From: Antedon mediterranea
Lineage: Eukaryota > Animalia > Echinodermata
Direction: 5' to 3'
DNA length: 64,000 nt
Assembly: GCF_964355755.1 (NCBI RefSeq)
Contig: NC_092673.1
Coordinates: 32,795,648-32,859,647 of the forward strand
Shown here: piece by piece, positions 54,262 to 64,000 of the stretch
Position numbering within the stretch: the stretch's first letter is position 1
Layout: each line of letters starts with the position of its first letter
Notes under the pieces: generated by a model
What the model saw: the letters and a program-made list of their open reading frames with translations, nothing else
Databases searched by the model: none
Told to the model about the DNA's origin: nothing
Translations under genes and position numbers: made by a program

Positions 54262-54486
54262 CTATAAACATAAGATAATTATATAAGTGTTTCAACATTT
54301 GTACCAAATACAAGAGCACATTAAAATAATAAAATGACAAAAGAATATTCTAAGATGAGTAAATGTACAAATCAAATGAAAATATAATAAAACAGTGGGA
54401 TACAGTTATACAATGGAGAAATAAGTTTTTAGAGGATATTGGACAATAAATGATGTGGAAGCAGAACATTCATTAGGCTATATATA

Positions 54487-54650
54487 CGGTCAACTCTCCC
54501 AATATGGAACACCTTTGGGGTGGGTAAATATGTCTGGTTTTCCGAAAAGTCTGGATTTCAGAATGTATTTTTAATGGTAAATTAATTTTAGACCTTAAGA
54601 AAAGTCTGGTTTCCGGTTTTTAGAGAGTCCGGTATTAGGAGAGTTGACTG
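54487..54650. mobile_element. Tc1/mariner/pogo-like MITE with TA TSD
   Basis: TA|CGGTCAACTCTCC ... GGAGAGTTGACTG|TA. Confidence 0.8.
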
Positions 54651-55167
54651 TATTAGAATGTGTAGAAAACCAATAGATATTTTTCAAATAAACATTTTGA
54701 GCATTTCAAATTTTTCAAAATTGTTGCGCTCTCCAAGTCTGTGCGCAAAACTCGTACGAAGCGTAGAAAGTGCAGCCCCTACTGTAGACCAAGCTTAATA
54801 TAGCATGTGCATGTTACGATGCGTTGCGCAATAGCCTAACTTGTCACCGTGACAAATCTAGCACATTCATCATACATCTGGTGTACACATTTTTGCTTAT
54901 TTTCAAACTTTCAGTTTCTTTTTCACAAATTCTTATATTCATTTTGTTAAATACATGTGATCCACTTGCAAACACTGATATTGCCATTTACATTAAATAA
55001 ATATAAGAATTATTATAGTTTGTTTGAATACATTTAGATGAAAATGTTGTGAATTCATAGTAGAGGATTTGGATCACTTTTTATGATCTACAGTAGTATC
55101 ATAATCTAGGGAACCCCAGTCTGATGTTAGTCAATTGTCATTGAAAGAGATATTTAAAAAAACACAC

Positions 55168-56034
55168 CTCTATAAAATCTTTGACTTTAATCTTTAATGT
55201 AATAGACAAGTCCTGCATGGTTTGCAGTATATCTAAAATACTTGGCCTTTTCATTCTGTCTGTCTCCCAACAACTATGTAGCATATCCTTTAACTTAGAG
55301 GGCATTTCATCTAGCGGGTACATACCATCCACCCTCTCAGTTTTATCCGCTTCAAGCAAGGTCCTCATTTCCCATATCACAACACCGTAAGAATATATGT
55401 CTGAACGCTTTGATACCTTTATCTTTGACCCACGGCCTTTAAAAAAAGCCTCAAAGTTTTCAGGAGCCATCCATGGAAGAGAACCAGTATATGTAGTAGT
55501 AACGGTCTTATCAGTTAGGCAGGAAATTCCAAAGTCACAAACTTTCAAATTATGTTTATCAGTAATTAAAAAATTTGGTGATTTGATATCTCGATGAATG
55601 ATATCAAGTTCATGAAGATACTGTATTGCAAGAGCGCCTTGCCGGGTCCAGGTGAAAAATTTGTCATCCTCAAGAAGTTGCTGCTGTTCTCGTTTCTGGC
55701 TTAAATAATGAAATAATGACCCATTTGCTGCATATTCCATTATCATACAATCCATATGATCCTTCTTACTAACCCCTAGAATCTCAGTTATGAAATTTCT
55801 ACCAATGTGTTTTTTTTCTTCGTCAGCTTTAATTTTTCTTAATGTAACAATTTCAATTTCTCGAAAATGGTTGAGACGTTTAATTGCAACTGGCATATCT
55901 TTTTTAGTTTTCCACACCCCTTTCAACACACTGCACGTTCCACCATGTCCAATAAGTTCTCCAAATTCAATATCATTACATTGTATCTCTAAAATCTTAG
56001 GATATGGTTTTAACACTGTTTCATTACTTGCCAT
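55168..56034 (-). CDS. TKL-group (MAP3K/MLK/ZAK-like) protein kinase exon, 289 aa
   Basis: GHGGTCSV, VAIK, HRDIKSPN, DFG, GSLPWMAPE and SDIYSYG motifs. Acceptor CTTTGCAG| at 56056, in-frame upstream TAA, and donor GAG|GTGTGT at 55168. Confidence 0.92.
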
Positions 56035-56300
56035 TATTGTTGCTTAAAGGGGAAATCTGCAAAGAAAAATAAACATATACATTATTTTATATGCAAGTTA
56101 TCTTCATTGTTTACTACTCATACTTTCTCTTCACCAGACTGTCCCTCCTTTGTTATACTTCCTTCAATTGACTAAGGCAGCTCATATTATTACTTATTGC
56201 AAAGAAAAAGGATTAGTGCTACCCGAAAGCTCTGCAATTCCTTTCTGGCTGTTTTAATCCATCGTTTTGATTTAGCTTTTTGCTCATATTTTTTTGTATA

Positions 56301-56709
56301 TGTAGCGATACTCTAAAAGCAGTATTATTATTTTATTGTATTTAAGTTCATATTTACTTAGTAGCTTGTATATCCTCAATGATCATGCCTTAGTTTGATT
56401 TTACACATTCCATTCTCTGAATTAATTAAGAATGTACCTCCTTTATCTAGGTTTCCATAACAACTGGTCCATTTTGTGGGTTTTGTGGTGGGGAATAAGA
56501 AAGTTTTATAGCCTGTGTTATCTAGAAATACTGTGAAATTGGATAGATGAGTCAGATCTGTGTAGTTAGTATTGCGTTTTAAAAGTAAGCAGTTGTGTTA
56601 TAATTAATAACAGCATTTTGTATTGGAATTCTGTGTTTTATCGATTTTGTAGCTGAAATTGAGAACCTGGGTTTAAGTTATTATTGTCATTATTTTGTGA
56701 AGAGCTACA
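56301..56709 (+). mobile_element. 5' LTR of a Gypsy element (409 bp)
   Basis: TGTAGC...GCTACA terminal inverted repeats, followed after 2 nt by a PBS. Confidence 0.85.
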
Positions 56710-56711
56710 AT

Positions 56712-56725
56712 TGGTGCCGTGACCA
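56712..56725 (+). promoter_or_regulatory. Primer-binding site (tRNA-His type), 5' part; the remainder is at 60135-60143
   Basis: TGGTGCCGTGACCA joined to GGATT gives TGGTGCCGTGACCAGGATT, complementary to a tRNA-His 3' end. Confidence 0.85.
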
Positions 56726-56828
56726 CACACAGTCACCATGATTCGATCGGAGTAAGACGCTTACACAACGAGCTCCTGAAACGCACTACTTAGCATACTA
56801 ATTTTCTCTAGGCCAATCACGACAAGCC

Positions 56829-57416
56829 ATGTCACGATCTACACGAGCAAATACCAAGCCCGCTGAATTCGAAAGCGAAGACCAGCTATCGTTTGAATCG
56901 TTTGTTAAAAAAAAACTTGAATCGATTTTAAAAGGCCAAGAATCTAATAAAGCTGAGCTTTACGAAGCAATATCGTTTAATTCTGCTAGAATAGATGCCC
57001 TTGAAGATGAAAACAAGGAATTAAAAACGACTGTCACAGAGCTGACAACAACAGTTGCTAATTTACAAGGTAGTACAACTGACCTGTTGGCAAAAATTAA
57101 CAAGACGGAACGCTTTTCTCGTCGTAATAACGTAAGAATTGTTGGTGTGGAAGAGAACACAAAAGAAAACTGTAAGTTAATCTTTGAGAACATTCTTTCC
57201 GATTTTTTCACACTCGATCCCAGGCCAACAATCGAACGGGCCCACCGAGATGGTAAAAGTATGAACGGCAAGCCAAGGCATATCATTGCCCGTTTTCTCT
57301 CATACGCTTCTAAGATTGAAGTTATGAAACAACGAAGTTCTGCGCTAGATAGCCAGAAATTTTATATCATAGATGATCTTACTGCTGCCGATCTACTGGA
57401 AAAAAAGAATCTCGGA
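56829..57416 (+). pseudogene. LINE ORF1 (coiled coil plus RRM, L1 ORF1p-like), C-terminally truncated
   Basis: Heptad region, RRNNVRIVGVEE, IERAHR and PRHIIARF motifs. Confidence 0.85.
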
Positions 57417-59685
57417 TCACTTTCCTGTTTTCTTGTTAGTACATAAATCAGAACCTCTCCAACACCTGAAACCTAAATCAAAATATATATACATAAAAAA
57501 AGTCAATGATATTTCAATTTCTGCCTTAAGTAATGATTTGTCAAATGTTGACTGGACTAGTATTTATAACTCCAATGAACCCAATGAGGCATACGCTTTA
57601 TTCAACGACATATTTAGTACATTATATAATAACAACATTAAAACCACTCGTTCCAGACGCAATATTCGGAAAGAAAAAAAACCTTGGATAACTAAATGCT
57701 TAATTAAATCTATCGACAAAAAACACAAATTATATAAAACATTTCTTATATCTAAAAAGCAAAAGGACAAAGATAAATATGTTAAATATCGAAATGTACT
57801 TACCAAAATCCTTCGTACTGCCCAAAAGAATTACTTCAGTGACAAATTTGAATTCCATAAAAATAACATCCAAAAAACCTGGCAAACAATAAATGGAGTC
57901 CTTGGCAAGAAATCTCGTAAACCGTTTCCTTCTCACTTTATTAACAATGACATTGAATTAAATAATCCTCAACAAATTGCAACTGAATTCAATAATTATT
58001 TTACTAGTATAGGGCCAAATTTAGTTAACAAAATACATGTGTCGGATAATGATAATTATACTTCTACCTTACCTCGTCCATGTGTGCACTCTCTCTTTCT
58101 TAGTCCTGTAACCGAACATGAAGTTGTCAGTATAATACTTTCCCTCAAAGATAATAAATCTCCTGGGTTTGATGGGTTTTCCAATAAAATTATTAAACGA
58201 GTTTCTAATTTTATATGCAAACCCTTAACTCACATTTTTAATACTTCTTTTCAAACCGGTATTTTTCCTGATTCTTTTAAAATAGCTAAAGTCATCCCTA
58301 TCTACAAGAAAGAAGATCCTCATTATTTCAATAACTACAGACCAATCTCCCTACTTCCTTGTTTCTCAAAATTAATTGAAAAAATAATGCATAATCGAAT
58401 TTCTTCCTTTTTAACTAAACATAACATTTTATTTAAAGGCCAATATGGTTTCAGGAAAAAGTATTCAACAGATCTTGCTTTATTAGATATTTTTGACAAA
58501 ATTACAATTGCCCTGAGTAAAAATGAGTTTTCTGTTGGCATTTTCCTTGATTTATCTAAGGCCTTCGATACTATTAACCACGATATTTTAATTCATAAAC
58601 TTTCAAATTACGGTATCAGAGGCCTTCCTTTAAAACTAATTAAAAGCTACCTTTCCAATCGTGTTCAGTTTACTTCCTTAAATAATTTTCACTCTTCCTA
58701 TTCCCGTTTAACCTGTGGTGTTCCCCAAGGATCGATTCTTGGACCACTCTTATTCCTGATTTTTGTTAACGATATACCAAACAGCTCTAAATTACTAAAT
58801 TTTATCTTATTTGCTGACGACACAAATATTTTTTTCTCTCATCCTAAATAAAATACCTTGTTTAAAATTGTCAATGATGAGTTACTTAAAGTTTCAAATT
58901 GGCTCAAACACAATAAATTAACTCTTAATACATTCAAAACGAACTATATAATATTTTCTAAACGTAAAATTTCAAATTCTTTAAATGAACAAATATACAT
59001 TGATAATAAAATGAACAAACGAGTTAATGAAACCCAATTTTTAGGAGTAACCATAGATGCCTCTCTGACTTGGAAACTACATATAAATAAAATCAGTAAT
59101 CTAGTTTCTAGAAATGTTGGAATATTGAACAAATTAAAACATATCTTCCCTCAAAAAACCTTATTAACCCTTTATAATACTTTAGTTTTGCCTTACCTTT
59201 CTTATGCCAATTTATGTTGGGCAATTACTCTAGATAAATTTAATACGTTATGCCCCTGGACAAGTCTAGAGAAAACTCAAATTGACCGCCTTTTTAAACT
59301 ACAAAAACGTGCACTTCGGATTTGCGCGGGAGAATCATTTAGAGCCCATACAAAATTACTTTTTATAAGATTTAACGTTTTAAACATTTATGATTTAAAT
59401 AAATTACAAGTTGCCTCATTTATGTACCGTTTATCTAACAATTTACTGCCTTCACATTTTAATGCTTTATTTACAAGAATTGACGAACGCCATTCCTATA
59501 AAACCCGATCCTCTGTTAACAATTATATCCTTGATAATTTAAATGTTAAGGCTCGACGATTTTCTATGTATTATTTTGGTCCCAAACTTTGGACTTCACT
59601 CTCAAATGAACTTAAACAGAAATCTTCCTTTTCTAGTTTTAAATCTAATTTCAAACACAAAATGGTGTCAGAATATGCTACATAA
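57408..59685 (+). pseudogene. LINE ORF2 reverse transcriptase, with the endonuclease deleted and an in-frame TAA at 58849-58851
   Basis: Begins at SDHFPV (end of the APE domain). Contains KSPGFDG, NYRPISLL, QYGFR, DLSKAFD, GVPQGSILGP and FADDT. Confidence 0.92.
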
Positions 59686-60191
59686 ATTTTCGCCGATCTT
59701 TTATCCTTATTTATTTGGTGGTGATACATGGCATTAAATCTTTCACCCTGGTATTCAATAATCTCCGCTACATTGTATCGTTATACTTGTTATTATACCA
59801 TATTTAATTATATTTCATATTGTACTCTAATTGTTATCATTATCCCTTTTATCATATATTATATAATTGCCTGGTTTATCTTAACTTCTATAATTTAAAT
59901 TTTTTTTTTTATTTCTTTATTTTATGTACTTTCACTATTATATATTTATATTTTAGTCTACTCTGTAGCAATGTTAGTATACTTAGGCATACGGGAGTCA
60001 CGACTTAAAGTTCAGTGAACTTACTGTGACTTCCATCCACCCACATTTAATATATGTTATGTTATGTAAATGTAAATGATATATATATATATATACTGTA
60101 TAAGTGAGTGGAAAAAATAAATAAACGAAACGAAACCAGGATTTGTTTTGTTAACAAATTTTAATCTACAAAGGAATATACTGTATTGGAT

Positions 60192-61191
60192 ATGACAGGA
60201 TATGAAGATACCCGATGTGAAACTGTTCAACCAGAAAATTCGCCATTATGGGAGAGAAATAGTTACTATACTACCCCGATGAGACCGGATGTGTCTCAAA
60301 GCCTAGAAACTCCGGCCAGGCCAACCTCGATTACTAAGACCAGTTCAGGGGTATAATACAGCGGTAAAACCATTATTACCAGTGCCAAAATCAGTACAAA
60401 TTTACACCCCGGCACACCAACTAAAAGGAGTACCAATATTTACGGGACAATCACCCAACCTACTGATTGAGGATTGGACCAGAGATGTTCAGCATATCTT
60501 AAGCTGTAGCAACATGCCTAGTCACCTACAGTTTTCAACAATAGTTAGAAATCTGGGAGGAACTGCACGGAAGCTGGTGTTGAACTTACCGAGAGAATGC
60601 CAGACACCAGAAAGAGCACTCAAAGAACTAAAAGAACAATTCGCAAATGTGTCCTCTGGTGACCCCTTATCTGATTTCTACCAGAGAACACAAAGACAGG
60701 GTGAGTCTGCTAGTTTTTATGCCATTGAACTAGAAGCAGTATTACGAGATGTGGAGGAGGAACTTGGGCGAGGTCCCATGTATGAAAGGGATCGAATGTT
60801 GACACAACAATTAATGCGGGGAATGTACGACCAAGAAGTAGTTGGACGAATAGCGCCCATGAGACCGAGGTCTATGACATTTCGTTCTGTTCTATCAGAG
60901 ATAAGACTACTAGAACGAGAACGAAAGCAGCAACCGTGCGCACCACACCTAGTAGCCCCTCCCATAACTCCGACAAATGTCAAAGGTTCCGGTGAGGACG
61001 CGTCGATGCACAGATTAGTTACGGAGATGGAGAGGAAAATAAGCTTTCTTACCGCTAAACTTGAGGCAAAGGAAGCGGCGCAGCAACGGCCCAACACGTC
61101 ACAACCTAGGGCACTGGAATGCTACGGCTGCGGCCAAATTGGACACATTCGACGATTTTGCCCAAATGCGCCGACGGGAAACGGCAGGTAA
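60192..61191 (+). pseudogene. gag: Gypsy gag with CCHC zinc knuckle; 5' part out of frame
   Basis: Q..GES...Y capsid motif and CYGCGQIGHIRRFC. The reading from ATG 60192 stops near 60356 in a different frame from ORF 60382-61191. Confidence 0.85.
61176..61182 (+). promoter_or_regulatory. -1 ribosomal frameshift slippery heptamer G GGA AAC
   Basis: X XXY YYZ pattern in the gag frame just before the gag stop. pol lies in the -1 frame. Confidence 0.8.
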
Positions 61192-64000
61192 TCACAACAG
61201 TAGGGTGGGTTGGTGGTGAAAAGCACACACCCAAAGGACAGACATATCTTGTCGGGCCAACTAATCAAGCAGAAATATCAATTCATGGAGTAAAATGTAA
61301 CGCCCTTATTGACTCAGGCTCACAGATATCAACTTTAACTATTGAATTGTATAACAAAATTCCGGAATTAAAATCACAAGTTATGGAACGCTCAACCATA
61401 GAAGTTATAGCGGCAAATGGCCAGAGTGTCCCGTACTATGGAATTATTAATAGCGACATCAATATACTCAATAAAACCTACTCCGCTGTTCCCGTGTTTG
61501 TAGTCCCGAACAGTAAATACCGCAAAACTATCCCCGTACTGATTGGGACCAATGTTCTACGTGCACAGAGAAACGACAAACACAACATAAAATGCAAAGA
61601 TGCAACCTTTGAAGCAGCATTTGCGCAGATGGAGAAAAATATACAACCAGAAAATGTTGGCAGAGCTGTATATTTTAATAGACACCCTGCTCGCATAAAC
61701 CCAAATCAACAAATTGATATACAATGTACTGCAGTGTAGTCTAAAGATAAAATATCAACTGTGCTTGTTGAGCCATTTGGAAGTACTACAAACTTTCTCG
61801 TTGGTCGTTCAGTATCCCACATCCGGCGAAACAATATAGTTACAGTGCGAATCTGCAATGTATCTGACAAACCAATCTTTTTGCACCACAACACCACGGT
61901 AGCGACTCTATCTCAAATTGCAAGTTTGGACACTTACGATGTTACAGGTGGTATTAGCCAACCTAATATCACATCACAAACTGTTCTGCCAGATCTTTCA
62001 GAATCAGACATTAAAACTTACTCTGAACACATAGCACTAAAATCACTGTTAGACAAATACTCGGATGTTTTCTCAAAGGACGTAAACGATTTTGGCCATA
62101 CTAAGGCCATATATCACCATATACCACTTATTGACAACCAACCATTTAGACTACCCTTTCGCCGCATCCCACCGTCGCAATATCAAGAAGTGCGCTCGCA
62201 TATCAATGGTATGTTAGAGGCTGGCGCCATTCGACCAAGCAAAAGGCCATATGCTTCACCAATGATGATTGTTCGCAAGAAGGATGGCTCAATGCGCATA
62301 TGTATCGATTTTAGAAAACTTAATTCTAAAACAGTAAGGGATGCGTTTCCAATACCCAGGATAGATGAAGTTATGGATGCTCTGGGTAAGGCCAAAATCT
62401 TCTCTACATTAGATTTGACTAGCGGCTATTGGCAGGTAGAGGTAGCAGAAGAAGATAAACCAAAAACAGCATTTACAACACCAATGGGTTTATTTGAGTG
62501 TAACCGAATGCCATTTGGACTCCAAAACGCACCGGCCACGTTTCAACGTTTGATGATGTCGTGCTTTGGTAACCAAAACTTTTCTACTTTGTTAATATAC
62601 TTGGACGATATCATTATTTTTTCTAATAACTTTCAAGAACATTTGGAGAGACTGGAAACTGTTTTCAAACGTCTAAGAGAAAATGGTTTGAAGTTAAAGC
62701 CTTCAAAATGCTCCCTCATTCAATATGAGGTTAATTATTTGGGTCACATTGTATCAGCCGAGGGAATTCATGCCGACCCTGCTAAAACAGCGCAAGTCGA
62801 CAACTGGCCCACACCGGTTGACCGCAAACAAGTTCTTCAATTTTTGGAATTTACCGGCTACTACAGACGGTTTATCAGCCAGTATTCGGAGATAGCTGCG
62901 CCGTTATATGCACTAACGTGCGGAGACCCACGACGAAAGAAAAAAAATGGAAGAAAGGCAATGAATGCCAAACCACCACCACCATTTGTATGGACTTCAG
63001 AATGCGACAAAGCATTTTCACTTCTTAAACACCTGTTGACAAATGCTCCAATCCTAGCGTACCCGGACTACAATTTTCCGTTTCTTTTGGAAACGGATGC
63101 TTACGGTATCGGTCTAGGTGCCGTTATTTCACAAGTACAAAATGGCACGCCAAGAGTCATTGCTTACGCAAGTCGTAGCCTTCGCCCATCTGAATCTTGC
63201 TATCCGGCGCACAAACTGGAGTTCCTGGCTCTAAAATGGGCCGTCACTAACAAATTTCGAGAGTACCTCATTGGAAATCACTTTACAGTACTGACTGATA
63301 ATAATTCGTTGTTGTACGTTCTCTCCACAGCGAAATTAGATGCGACTGGGCAACGCTGGGTGGCTGCCCTAAGCCAGTTCGATTTTGATATAAAGTATCG
63401 CCCGGGAAAAAGCAACGCAGCAGCTGACGCGTTATCTCGCAGGAAAGACGTACCGTGTGAACTGGTCACTGCGGTTCTCTCAGGATCTGCCCCTGGGAAT
63501 CCGTGTCTGTATGTCCAACCACAAATTGTACAGTGTCAGGCCCACACCAGAAGCAAATCTCGTATCGACAACACTGATGCTGCTGGGGATCCAGAGCAAG
63601 CCCCTGATGTTAACACAAATCATGGTTTTGCGCCTGTCCCAAATCTTTCGCAAGCGGACATATCCCATCTCCAGAGGGAGGACGATGTGCTTGACCGTGT
63701 GATATTCTTCCTCCGACGCAATCAAAAGCCATCAGCAGCAGAGCGTCGACTTGAACATCCGAATGTCATCTGTTTACTCAGACAATGGAATCGCCTAAAG
63801 TTAAAAAACAACATATTATATAGGACCACCAATATCAACACTGGAGAAGCATGCGATCAGCTTGTAATACCAACGTCTAAACACAAACTTGCTTTTGAAC
63901 ACCTGCATGACAACATTGGGCATTTGGGTTATGAGCGTACCATCGATATGATTCGGCGAAGATTTTATTGGCCTAAGATGGTATCCGACATTAAGACCTG
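61176..64000 (+). pseudogene. pol: Gypsy pol (protease-RT-RNase H-start of integrase), in-frame TAG at 61737-61739, running off the window
   Basis: ALIDSGS protease, RMCIDFRKLN, MPFGL.NAPATFQ, YLDD (~62598), ETDA RNase H, and H...GHLG integrase zinc finger (~63905). Domain order is Ty3/Gypsy. Confidence 0.92.

Larger units (their letters stand above)
56726..60134 (+). mobile_element. Non-LTR retrotransposon (CR1/L2/Crack group), internally deleted
   Basis: ORF1 and RT, an AT-rich 3' UTR, and an AATAAA plus (GAAAC)n tail. ACCA is duplicated at both ends. Confidence 0.9.

Overview
AT-rich eukaryotic (metazoan, probably invertebrate) genomic DNA with introns; there are no operons, rRNA genes or CRISPR array. 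The core is a minus-strand tandem cluster of three giant single-exon VLIG/GVIN1(URGCP)-family GTPase modules: 16694-21444 is intact, 32243-36511 is decayed, and 45259-49967 carries one in-frame stop. All three begin at the same phase-1 splice acceptor (AG|ATAA). Each is preceded by a different upstream coding module whose splice phases join in frame: a TKL/MAP3K-like kinase plus a 73-nt linker exon before copy 3, a tandem death-effector-domain-like exon before copy 2, and two small unassigned exons before copy 1. This suggests a modular 'effector + VLIG GTPase' innate-immune locus built by exon shuffling and possibly diversified by alternative splicing. The splice joins are inferred from sequence only. 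The rest is a 39-bp satellite, two copies of a non-autonomous Helitron, foldback elements, several MITEs, a tRNA-derived SINE, LINE fragments, and a Gypsy LTR retrotransposon whose tRNA-His primer-binding site is split by a LINE insertion.
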